The position numbers and the translations under genes are program-made. Source: Sphaerodactylus townsendi (Eukaryota). From it: 64,000 bases of DNA. Every line of letters begins with the position of its first letter. Positions within the stretch are counted from its first letter, which is position 1. The DNA lies in NCBI RefSeq assembly GCF_021028975.2, contig NC_059437.1, forward strand, positions 53,072,001-53,136,000, read 5' to 3'. Shown piece by piece: positions 39,495-63,382 of this stretch. The notes under the pieces are model-generated. The model was not told where the DNA came from. It ran no database searches and saw nothing but the letters and a program-made list of their open reading frames with translations.

Positions 39495-41272
39495 GACGGT
39501 GGCGGGTAAGGCCCAAATAAGGTTTCCCGTCCCGAAAGCAAAAGGATAAGCTTCAAAAATAAGCCGGCGGGCTTTGCTTCATTGCTAACCACATTTAAGG
39601 TTGGGTGTTGATGTTTTATAACAAAAAAAATTGTTATAAAAGTTGACACAACAGCCCCCACCCCCGCTGCTTTAGTGGTAAACGCCATAGGGCGGGCCCG
39701 AGAGGAGTTCGCTTGCTCTAATTGGTCAACATGAAGCAAAACCTTTTTTGATAGGTTCGCAGCTGTGTTTGTCGTTGGTGAGTGGTTTCTAATAACCAAT
39801 CACAACCCAGAAACACCTAAGGCCACCCCGCCTCAATATGCTACCGACTTCACACGTGCGGGAGAAGCAGCTGGTAGAACCGGCTGCTTCCTTCGCCAAT
39901 TTATGGCAACCTTCTGAATTAATAACCCCCTATGGAGGACATTGATTCATAGGGTCGCCATGAGTGGGAAGCGACTTGGCACTTAAGACACACAACATAG
40001 GCCCCTTCCGCACATGCAAAATAATGCGTTTTCAAACCACTTTCACAACTGTTTGCAAGTGGATTTTGCCATTCCACACAGCTTCAAAGAGCACTGAAAG
40101 CAGTTTGAAAGTGCATTATTCTGCATGTGCGGAATGAGCCACAGAGACACAAAGTCCTATGGTTAACACCTCTCTTGCAGCCTAAGGGCTGTGATTCGAC
40201 CCATTATCCCTTTTTCCTGCTGCATTACATTTTTTCCTAGCATTATTTTCTTTTTCAGTGACTCCTCTTCTCATAAAGTGACCTCAATGTGACCATGTGT
40301 GTCTTCGCATACTGTGACTATAATGTGGGCTGGCTGACTGCTGCAGCTGGCGAACTCACAGCATGTTTATCAACCCAGACAAGCATGGGGGGCGGGGGGG
40401 TGGCTCATCAAGCCAGATTGGGAAAGTTGGCCCAGCTGGCTCATGGGCCTGATAAGCCCTCTCAAGAGACCAGATCTGGACCTTGGGTTGTGTGTTTGAC
40501 ACCCCTGCCCTAAAGAATTCACTTTAACATTCCTCGCTTCTCATGGATATGCGATGGTTGCTGTTTAACCCCAACAGATGGCATTATTACCCCCTGCAGA
40601 CCAAGCCACACTATGGAGGCTGAACATGAATGATTCATCAGGGTTACAGACCTTATCAAATGAATAACTAGAGTAAATGGGTTTGTGCATACAACTTAGT
40701 TAAATATATATCTCGGAAATGCACATTTTCCTTCCCAGTTGCTATTCTTCAGGCATGAGTTCAGCCCACCTTGCAGCTGTTATATCTGTGGATAGCAGGA
40801 TATTGGCCAGGAATCAGAAAAAGCAGAAAATTCAATCCTATTTGATTAGCTTCTTAACAGAGTAATGGAAGCCATACAGAAACAAAAAAGGAATTCACAA
40901 GTACAAAAAAAACTCTGAATTGTTTTCTATGCATCTCATCCGTCATGGGCCAGGAATCTGTGTTTTGTTTGGAGATATTATGGGTCACTTGCTTGACCTT
41001 CCTTCTGAGGAGATCAAGTCAATGCTTAGCTGAGCGCACCAGCAGAAAGAGATTGAGCAAAACTCCATCTGTCCCTTTGCAAGAGAGGTCTCTTTTGCTC
41101 ATCTGCCAAGCAATTACATCGAGTCCATTCAGAGCTTTCAAAGGACAGAAATCAGCAGTGTTTCCGCCCATCCCTGGAACAGGAATGTGCTGGCACCACT
41201 CAGTCTTCTGAAGTTTTATGTCGCTTTCGTAGACGCACAAAGGAAAAACCACAGACAAACAGAGGGGCGATC

Positions 41273-44200
41273 ATGGATGTTGATCCAAGAGTAGGTCTGT
41301 CATTTCTATACAAGAATGACCCTTTCTACTCGCTCTGCCTTTCCGACTTGATGACAGCACCACAAAGGATTCAGAATAAGTTTCTCAAGGAGCAGAAGAA
41401 CCTCATAACGGTAAGTTGTCTGGCAGAACAACCCACAGCAGAGGCACAGGTGACTCTGACAAAGCCCAGTGCTAAACGCCATCAACAGTAACAGAAGATA
41501 ACCAAGCAAATTATTCATCCTATCTGGCTGATTGATTGGGCTTTCAGAACTTTGCTTCTAACCATTTGTCTAGGGTTACCAATGGTGACAGCAACAGGCT
41601 GGTTGACCAAACACATAATTGAGGATGTTCAAGGAATTGTCTGAACTATTTAGGACTCCTTCAACATTACAGAAGGGTGCATTGAGGAAATCAACAGAAA
41701 TGGTGGTGTCATCTTTGCAGATGAAATGACAACTGCAAATGCACTGCTTGATTCTTTTACGAATGTGGATCTCAGGTTTTCTATGAATGCACATCTCATC
41801 TTTTGCTATGAATGTAAATCTCAGCTTTTTCTGATCTGCTTGTTGGAATGCTTACAGGCAGNNNNNNNNNNNNNNNNNNNNNNNNNNNNNNNNNNNNNNN
41901 NNNNNNNNNNNNNNNNNNNNNNNNNNNNNNNNNNNNNNNNNNNNNNNNNNNNNNNNNNNNNNNNNNNNNNNNNNNNNNNNNNNNNNNNNNNNNNNNNNNN
42001 NNNNNNNNNNNNNNNNNNNNNNNNNNNNNNNNNNNNNNNNNNNNNNNNNTTTTGTAACTTATAACAGTTCCCAGGAAGTTCACCCTCGACTGTCAGGCAC
42101 CTCCTCTCATGTAGTACTAAAATGTATAAGGTTTACTTTGTTCTCCCAATAGATATTAGCAAAGAAGTATAATAGACTCCAGGTGGGATGTCTTAAAAAA
42201 TAACGACTAGTTTTAAAGTGTCTACCCTGTCAGACAGGTGCTCTGGTTTCCATCCAACTCAACGGTACTTTAGGCCCCGCTATAAAGAGCTCAAAGAAAG
42301 CCCTGTTAATGTAACAAATATTGTTGCAAAGCTGATGCTGGAGATATAAGAAAAAAGGGGTGCGAAGATTCACACTGAGTAACTGACAAGGGGTGTGGTG
42401 TGATCTTTGCAGATGAAATCACAAAACAACCTAATTATCAACCAGCACACAAATTGTATGACTTTGTCCTGAAAGAGATGTTTGATGCTTTGTCCTGAAA
42501 GAGATGTTTGATACAGTGCAACAACTTGGGCAGAGTTGCCAAAAGAACAAGCATCTAAGACTCATATTCTAAGAAACATACAAATCATTAGCAAAGGATT
42601 TCAACAGTACATGTACAGAAAATTCACAGTTAGTAAGGGGGAGGGAGATCAGTTGAGTCTACATGATCCTCTTATTAAATATTCTCATTAAAATATTCAG
42701 CATATTCCAGAAAAAGACAGTAATTTAAGCAAGAAGCTGTTAAATTACCGTATATGTCTACAAACAAATATACTTTAAAAACATTTTTATGATATTATGG
42801 CATAGTATCTTTGCACCACAAAACTTTAAAAAAGCATCGTAAGTAGGTATTCTCTGTTTCTGCAGACAATGAAGAAACTGGAGCACCAGAAGCTGACGCG
42901 GCTAAGGCAACTCAATGAAGAGAAAAGGCAATTTAGCCTCCTGATGAAAAAGAGGCTCAGCCGCACAGTGTCTGTCAGAAGAGGGTCATCCTCAGCTACA
43001 GAAAGAGGCTCCCAAAGAACTTACATCAGCGTCAAATTTTCTCCTCTCGCTTCCAGTAAAAGCAGTTTGAACAGTGCAGATGCTAAGCCCGATTCCAAAG
43101 CAGTGTCTAACTCACCTTCCGCTGGCACCCAAGACCTTCCTGCAAGCAGGACTTCGAAGTTTTGCAAAGTAAGTGCAATGCCTCACACACGATGGAGCTT
43201 TAATGCTTTTAGCATTTCAGAAAAATGCAAGGGCCCCTTCTCAAAAGCTTCTGTGTCCCAAAAAAGGGAGAACCTGATGTAAACTTGAAGTCATCATGTC
43301 CTTTTAAGCATTGAGCAGGGGGTTGTGCTAGATGGCAGGTATGGCCCCTTCCAACTCTATGATCTTAACTCCTAGGCATTTGCGGGGGAGAACAACTGCA
43401 AAATCAGGCAGTGACATTTAAACATAGGTAGGTGTGTATGTCCCAAAGCCATGACCACGGCAGGGAAAGAGGGCACTCTGCCCCACGCAGAACACTGATT
43501 GGCTTCAGGAGTCCCCAAAGCATTTTGAATCTATGGGTACCTGTGGAATTCTGACACAAGATGGTGGCACAATCACAAAATGGCTGCCACAGGAGGCAGA
43601 ATCACTCACTCACTCACACACACACACAAAGACAGGACTGTCCAACTCTGGCCCTCCAGATGTTCATGAACTACAATTCCCATCAGTCCCTGCCAGCACG
43701 GTCAATTAGTTATGCTGGCAGGGGCTGATGGGAATAAATATGAACATCTGAAGGGCCAGAGTTGGATACCCCTTCACTAAGAGAAGGTCTAAGTGCCAGG
43801 AGGAACAGCAGCAATTAAAAACAATAAACTGGGAAAGAAGAAGAAGAGAAGAGTTTGGATTTATATCCCCCCTTTCTTTCCTGGAGGAGACTCAAAGGGG
43901 CTTACAATCTCCTTCCCTTCCCCCCTCACAACAAACACCCTGTGAGGTGGGTGGGGCTGAGAGAGCTCTGAGAAGCTGTGACTAGCCCAAGGTCACCCAG
44001 CTGGCGTGTGTGGGAGTGTACAGGCTAATCTGAATTCCCCAGATAAGCCTCCACAGCTCAGGCGGCAGAGCTGGGAATCAAACCCGGTTCCTCCAGACAT
44101 GAGCTCTTAACCTCCTACACCACTGCTGCTCCAGAGGAGTAAGACAGAATAAAACCAACACTGGGATGGCAGATGGTGCTATAACGACATTATTTCAATC

Positions 44201-44796
44201 TGCACGGCCAATCAGAGTGTCAGTGGCCAATCAGAAGGTCCTGCTGGGCAAGATCTCACCCACTTTGTGACAATATTTAATGTGCGCCTGGTAAATTGTT
44301 AGCAGGCACCACTTTGGGGACTCCTGGGTTTCTTTATGGAACTTATTTTTAAGGAATGAAATCATTAGTGGGTTGTGGGTTTTCCGAGTTTTACTTTACA
44401 ATGAAACCATTGTACATAAAAGGCTCTGGACTTCAAGTATTCTTAATGGAACATGCTAATAATTAGTGGACACTAAAATAAATATAGACGTGCTTGGTCT
44501 TAGCAAGTAGGCTCTAGAAATTCTTCTGAGTTTTTGCAAAAACACAGTTTTTTCCCCATCTGAACCCCAGCTAGGCACAAGAAGAGGTGTGATCTCTGAG
44601 GCCTAACCCACCAGGGCAAACTGTTTCCCTGAGCCTAGCCCCTGTTATGTTTTCTAAACCACAGATATCAGACCTTTCTTTCCCAAGCGCTGGACCAGCC
44701 AACATATCCACGTATCTACACAGCAAGCAGCAGCTGACCAGAAGGAAAAACAACTTGCCCTTTCTCAGTCAGACTGGCTCACCAAACTTCCCTTAG
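41273..44796 (+). CDS. Uncharacterised coiled-coil protein, predicted spliced gene of about 184-190 aa
   Basis: Acceptor at 41231-41232; Kozak ATCATGG at 41273; exon ends at 41410 with donor ACG|GTAAGT. The phase-0 acceptor tctctgtttctgcag|ACA at 42866 continues the frame (...QRIQNKFLKEQKNLIT|TMKKLEHQKLTRLRQLNEEKRQF...). It then either reads to TAA at 43280-43282 (184 aa), or uses donor AAA|GTAAGT at 43168 to a phase-0 exon 44665-44796 (190 aa). Confidence 0.68.
41862..42049. other. Assembly gap (188 N)
   Basis: Run of N. Confidence 0.99.
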
Positions 44797-47134
44797 AGGA
44801 GCCGTCAATCAAGGGTATTAAAGGCTTAACATCTGAATGTAACTGCATGTGTTTGGCTCTGATTGGTAGTCTCTGTGTGAGGGTGTTATTCTAGGTATAT
44901 AATGCTATTAATTGTCTACCGGTCAAATGGCAAGGGATATTAAAAGAACTGTGCAATCTCTCCATTGTTACCTCTTCTAGGAATGGACAATACCATCTTC
45001 CTAATGTTCCCACTAGGCCAAAATACAACAAACAAGACATCAAGTCTTCTTAGCTAAAAGTGCCTAGTGGTGCCCCTGGCCTCCAGCAAAAATCACTCAT
45101 AAAATCATTGGACACAAGAGAGGGCTTTTTTTTTCTCCTTTTCAAACTCACCCACCAGTTTTCTTAGGAACAATTTATTAAGGATAAGTTACAAAGTGGC
45201 ATTGACAACAAAATGGGATTCAGCTAGAAAACAGTAAAGGATTTGGTAGAGTACAAAGGAATGACAGAAAACCGATTTGAGAACTGTGTTACCAACAGGA
45301 TTTATGCTCCTTTCTGATAAAATAAAAATGGCTAAGCTCTAAATAGCTCTAGTGTTGAAATATCTGAAGCTGTTGCTATGTTTTTGCTCTGTGTACTGCA
45401 AGTAGAGCAATAATGATCTTTTTATTGTATTTGAAATTCTTGGCACTGGTTTTATGCCTAATGAAGGTTTTTGGATTTGGATTTGGACAGAAAACTTGCG
45501 GCCTCATGTGAATAATATACAGACCCGAGGGAGCAACGATTCCATGGGACCGCCAAACAGAACACAGATGGTTGGGTTCAGAGTCAGGAAGAAAACTGCA
45601 CTGAGACTGTCTCCAAAGGGAGAAAGAACACGTGTTTTCGCACAGTTGGAGGCAAATCAGTGTCTGAAGAACTAAATCACACGTTTGTTTTTGGAGACAC
45701 ACACAACATACTAACATATATATGTCTATATTCTGCACACCAGGCCAATCCCTCCTCGTGATTAGTGAGAGATGAGATGAAATTTGCCATACACTATTAA
45801 AAATCTTGTTTGTGCAAGTCAGGGGAAGACTGAGCTCTTTCCAGCTTTCAAATTGACATCTTAAAAACTGATGTACCCCAAGCCTGTCTGCCTTTTCCAG
45901 AACCAGCTAGAAAACAGAGAAATCTTTCATTGCAGCCAGGAAGACTTGTGGAAGGCTTTTGATAACCCAGATCATGATTATTATTAGGGTGCTTTACACC
46001 ATATCGGATTCTGATGGACAGCCAGGAGAAATCTCAGGCTAGTGAACTAGGATGAGGTCCGTTTGATGGCTTGGGCCAGCCAAAGATCTGGATGCCTGGA
46101 CTATCTGTGTGGAGAGTCTAAACCAAACCCAAACTAAACACAGTTATTGCTATTAGAAGCAAAACGGAAATATCACATTGTTAGCTACACTGGATGAACT
46201 CAGCTGTGGGCAGTTCACAACCCCAATCTTCCGCAGTTTTGAAAACCGGGCAGTTCTTTTTACTAATTCAAATAGAAGCTCACCAGGGCTAGCCCAAGAG
46301 CCTGAACTGAAGCCCCTGAAAAATATTAAGAGTTCTGCTTAAATAAATGGGGGCGAATGAAGGGGCCGAGGCTTCAACTGTTTAAATGGAGACAGTCCAA
46401 GGAGTGCCAGAAAAGATCCTTGGCTTCAGGCATGTTGTCTTCACATCTCAACTAGCTGCAGATTTGGTGTTATGGGGTGGATCCTGCGAGTGTTCAGCTA
46501 GCAAAAAGGGACCTTTCTCCACCTTCTTTAGCCCCCTGAAAAAAATTCTGCTGAGGATCAGGGGACCCTCCCAGGCCAAAGACCACTCAGGTCCAGGGGC
46601 TTCAAAAAGGATGAGAGTCAGATGGGTTGGCCAGTCCTCCCATCAGAGGAATATCTGTAGGGTCAACCCTATGACCTTACAATTTGTGTTATAAAAAACT
46701 AGCACATGAGTTAAATCCCACTGATCTGATCCCCTAACAGCAGTGTCTTCCCCAGCTCAAGGAACCTTTTCTTGTCATAAAAGGTTGTTGCCACACAGAG
46801 ATGCTTTTTGTGCTGGGGGAGAGGCGGAGGCTAATTAATAGTACAGAAGTGTAAGAATCCAACCTCCTTGTGTGAAGGGAAGGCTCCTTGTGTGGGGGCA
46901 CAGGGGAAGGTGGAGCACCACCATTAATGGCATAGATCTGCAGGATCTAATCCGCTGGGCATAGGCAGGTGAAATATATCCAACTTACATGACTCTTCTG
47001 AAAGCTTTAGCTCTCTGTAGGCTTATTTTATTTCAGGACTTGCTCTTTTTCAGCATCCTACAAATGCCACTTGTAGATCCGTCGTCACAACCCTGCGCAG
47101 GGGCAAGAAGCCATTAATGGAAACGGTTAGGCCA

Positions 47135-58931
<11,797 letters not shown>

Positions 58932-59293
58932 AGCGCCCAGCCTGCACCCACAAGCCGAGAGCGCGGTCGCCCGCCAGTGACGTCACGGACAGCCCTGGCC
59001 CGTCCTGTCGGTGTCACCACCAACCCCCCCCCCCCCCCCCCGATAGAAAAAGGCGCAGTGCCGCTTCCGGCCTCCGCTCTAAGTCGCTCTTTGGATTTCC
59101 CCTTCCAACAAGTCAATGCCTAGACTGGACGGCGTTCGAGCCTTACCGAAGCTTCGGCTACGAGGGTCCCTTTTCAGGCTCCCCCCGGAAGTGGGTGCGT
59201 CCGGAAAGGTTTCCGTCGCGGCCGAGCGGTGCTGTGACAAGAGTTCCGCGTGAGATCTGTCTGCCGCCTTCGGGTTGCATCTTCTTCGCCGCC
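58932..59293. promoter_or_regulatory. Bidirectional CpG-island promoter of GTF2H3 and EIF2B1
   Basis: Divergent ATGs are 362 bp apart. Full CRE TGACGTCA at 58978-58985; ETS/GABP CCGGAAGT at 59185-59192 and GCTTCCGG at 59063-59070. Confidence 0.85.
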
Positions 59294-62200
59294 ATGAACG
59301 AAGCAGGTGAGGCGAGGGCCGGCGGCTCTTCGGTCCTTGGAGACCTTCGCTGGTTTCTCATATGGGGTTTAGTTCCTGCTCATCCTGGCTTTCAGCACCT
59401 CCTTTCTGGCTTAGGGGTCTGTCGTCTCAGATGTCAGGAAGGCGAACAACTTTATCTTCTCCCCCCCCCCTCTTCTTACTTTTCTTATTTGCTTAGAGGG
59501 GTGGGGGTACAGAAGTAAAATTATTACTCTAATGGGAGCCTGGAAAGGGTCCGTGGAGTGATTTGTTGTCGCCATCTCTAGAATCTGTTTTGATAACGAC
59601 ACTGTTTTTCTTTATACTTGCTCTCTTCTATGGCATTTTGTATGGTGCATTACGTGTGTGTGAGCTGCCCTGAGCCAGGCCTTGCCTGGGAAAGAGCAGG
59701 ATAGCAAGTCTAATAAAAATAAATAAAAATCTGTTTGATGTCGACATTGCAGGGTACCAAAGCAGAATCCCTGGAGAAAAGGCAGGGAAATAACCGCATG
59801 GATCTTCACAGATTTTCTCTGGTCTTTTCTCTCCCACACCTCTTCTTTTTAGAGCTTGTTGAAGCATTTAAAACCCAGACAAGGACAGATCCTGATGTTG
59901 CTTCTGCCGTGGCTGCCATCCGTGTCTTGCTAGAGTTCTTAAAGAGGGACAAAGGCAAGTAGGAAATTGAAACCAAGTGGATTGAACTGTGGAGGGAGGG
60001 ATGTGTAGCTGAGGATGAATTCAGTGCCACCATGGAGGATCTTCTGGGCTTTTTTTCTAACACGTTGCCTTTCTTACTTCCTCTATTAGGGGAGACAATT
60101 CAAGGGCTAAGAGCAAATCTTAAAAATGCAATAGAAACACTCTCTGGAGTTGATTCATCAGTGGCTGTCTCTTCTGGAGGGGAACTCTTTTTAAGATTCA
60201 TCAGCCTCACTTCTTTGGAGAACCCAGTGAGTATTAATTGGCCATTGAGGGGGGAGAGATTCTGCAGCCTTCTTACAACAATGCCCATTTAGAAATATTG
60301 AACAGGGCCAGGAAAGCTGTAGAACATAATGCTGTGTCCCATCACTTTTGCTCTGAATACTTAGCCCCAGAGTTGTTTTTATATCCAATTTAATTTAATG
60401 GATTTCAAGGGTCCCGCCTCCTCTTTCAAGTTTTGACTCTCAAAATCTTATACCCTGGAAAATCATGTAGTCTTCAAGGTTCTATTGAACTTGAAACTTG
60501 CTCTTCTGTTGCAGACCAACATAGCCGTCTTCTGGAACTAGCCAAAATCAGTCATTTTGCAGTTGAGGTTAATGATGGAGGGCTTTCAAATAACAGAATG
60601 CATTTTCCTAACAGGATGGATCCTGGCCTCTTTTTAAGCATTATGTGCACTGAATGTGTGATCTCATCTCCATCGGTCCAAAACCATCCTCGTCTTCCAA
60701 ATCTTGTTTTTACTACTTTTTTCCAGGACTATTCCAAATGTAAAGAAATCATGATTGAACGGGGAGAACTTTTCCTCCGGAGGATATCTCTTTCCAGAAA
60801 CAAAATTGCCCAACTTTGTCGCACCTTTATCAAAGATGGTGGGGTAAGTAAACATGGATTTCATAGGATCAAAAAATAGAATACTTTTGTGAATGCCACA
60901 GTCATTATATTGTGTAAAATAGGAATTGGTACAGCATACTATATTTAAGGTGCTGTGTTAATATGCGCTGATTGACAATTGGTTAGAGGTTTAAAGATGT
61001 GGGGAAAGAGAACTATAAAAGAAGACTGGCTCGGAAAATAGAATCTAAGCATTCTAGAAAAATTACTTTAGTTCAAAAGTGGCACTTTTAAAAATTGAGA
61101 TTAGTGGTGTGTTTGGTTAGGGTTTTTAAAAATCAAGTTTAATAAAAGCACATAAACTGAGTGATGCGACTTACCTCCACAGAGAATATTAACACATGCT
61201 TACTCAAAAGTAGTCCTGAAAGTATTGGAAGATGCTGCTGAAGCAAAGAAACGTTTCAGCGTCTACATCACTGAATCGCAGCCGGATCAAGCAGGGCAAG
61301 TATAAAGAAAATGTTTGCCTTTTTCACTAGCAAACCAGCTATGGGCAAGAATGGCCTTACTCTTTTGTGAATATCACCTCGCAGCTGGCAAAGCTGTCTG
61401 TGACTGCAGGCACCCGAAGACTTATTGCTATGATAGCCCCACTATGCCACAAAGCCATTTTGTAAACATATATAATTTTCCCCTTCAATTTACTTCATGT
61501 ATAACCCAACTTTCTTCCCAGTGGGAACCCAATAAGTGGCTAATGTCATTCTCCTTTCCTCCATTTTATCCTCACACTACCCTGCGAGGAAGGGTTAGAC
61601 TATGTGTGACCAACGAGCAACCTTCCATAATAGAGTGGGAATTTGACCCTGGGTCATCCAGATCCTAGACCCACAAACTACCCACTATACCACGCTGGCA
61701 CCGTAAGATACATAGGATCGAGATGTGGAATTGCAGAATGTTTGAATTCTCCCCTCCCCCTTTTCTTAAACACAGGCAACAGATGGCAAAGGCCCTCACT
61801 AAGCTTGGTATTCCTGTGACTGTAATACTGGATGCTGCAGTTGGGTGAGTGTTCACTGCTGCAAAACTTTGAAGTGGAGAGAAGTTCCCAGAACTATGAG
61901 AGTGAACTGGGTGGGGGAATGGTTTGCAGTTCAAAGAAAAGCCCCAAAGAAAAGCACACACAAGATCACAATCCTATCTGAAAACAGCCCTTGACGCTCT
62001 GTTGCCATGCCTCCCACTGGGTGGCTGAAGACTAACCCTGAATTCCGTTGCAGTTGTAGAACAGGGCTGTGGAAAGTTATAGCAAGGCTGCAGAGAGTAC
62101 AAGAGCAGAAAATGTAGTGCATGGCCCAGTTCTTACCGATTTGTTCCACCAGTAGAAGCACTTTCCTGTAGTGCAGTGATTCCCAAAGTGGGCGCCACCG

Positions 62201-63103
62201 CCCCCTGGTGGGTGCTGCAGTGATCCAGGGGGGCAGTGATAGCCACAGGTAGAAACATTAATACATATATCTTTCTGTTTAATTGCTACTAAAATTTTAA
62301 AAAAATTAATTTCCAGGGGGCGCTAAGTAATATTTTTTCTGGAAAGGGGGCGGTAGGCCAAATAAGTTTGGGAACCACTGCTGTAGTGGAAGCAGCCGTT
62401 TGAGCATCCAGGCAGGGAAGGGCTCCTTCAGTACCTCCTCTAGCAGAAAGAATCTGTGAGTTCCAGCTTCTTAGTGTGACATGTGACTACTGTTTTTCCC
62501 CTTTTGTCTTTCCCTCAATAGCTACATCATGGAGAAGGTTGACCTGGTAATTGTTGGAGCTGAAGGAGTCGTAGAAAATGGAGGCATCATTAACAAAGTA
62601 AAGTGTGATGCAGTATCTACTGAAATAGCTCTCTGCACATTTAATATTTAAATTTTACCGGTCCCGGAAAGTGCCATTTGTAAGAGCAGCCAGCTTTGCC
62701 GGCATCCACATCCGCCTTGAGTCTCCTTACAGGAGAGAAAGGTGGGGGATAAATCCAAACTCTTCTTCTTCTCAAGCTTTAAACCTCAGGCTGGAAGCTG
62801 GACCCAGGCCACAGGTAGTTCGGGGCTGGGGCACAGTCACAAGGAGGTGGGGTGACCCTGTAATATGCCCCCAAGGAAGTGGTGCCCAGGACTCCAGACC
62901 CCTGCATTTCCCCTGCTACACCACCAACTGCTAGGTTCATCGACCCAACGGTAAACGCCGGTTTTTCCCTTCTGCAGATCGGGACCAATCAAATGGCTGT
63001 GTGCGCCAAAGGTCAGAACAAGCCCTTCTACGTGGTTGCTGAAAGTTTCAAGTTCGTAAGACTTTTCCCTCTGAACCAACAAGATGTCCCTGACAAGTTT
63101 AAG
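59294..63103 (+). CDS. EIF2B1: Translation initiation factor eIF-2B subunit alpha, coding exons 1-8 (last exon lies right of the window)
   Basis: Exons: 59294-59306, 59853-59954, 60090-60226, 60727-60843, 61183-61295, 61776-61844, 62522-62597, 62978-63103. Contains [66 protein letters not shown] and [19 protein letters not shown]. Introns 2 and 5 are GC-AG. Confidence 0.97.
62174..62380. mobile_element. hAT MITE
   Basis: Ends CAGTGATTCCCAAA / TTTGGGAACCACTG; exact TSD CTGTAGTG. Confidence 0.8.
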
Positions 63104-63189
63104 GTGAGGAGGGGGGACAGGGACAGTTCTTTGAAATCAACACGCAGTAGCTTGAAGTTAAGTAGAAACATTAAAGCAATTTAATGGAT

Positions 63190-63382
63190 AATGTATTGTC
63201 GAAGGCTTTCACGGCCGGAATCACTTGGGTGCTGTGTGGCTTCCGGGCTGTATGGCCGTGTTCTAGCAGCATTCTCTCCTGACGTTTCGCCTGCACAGAT
63301 GCCAGCCACAGATGCAGGCGAAACGTCAGGAGAGAATGCTGCTAGAACACGGCCATACAGCCCGGAAACCACACAGCACCCA
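63190..63382. mobile_element. Palindromic Penelope-like-element-derived insertion (same family)
   Basis: Near-identical to 34948-35161, but the CTGAAGA core is deleted at the centre. Flanking direct repeat AATTTAATGGAT. Confidence 0.72.

Noticed and set aside
40945-41211. 88-aa ORF upstream of the unknown gene
   Set aside because: Different frame from the spliced ORF and upstream of the strong acceptor at 41232; treated as intronic, though an alternative 5' exon cannot be excluded.
45454-45675. 73-aa ORF between the convergent genes
   Set aside because: No splice or homology support; probably UTR or intergenic.
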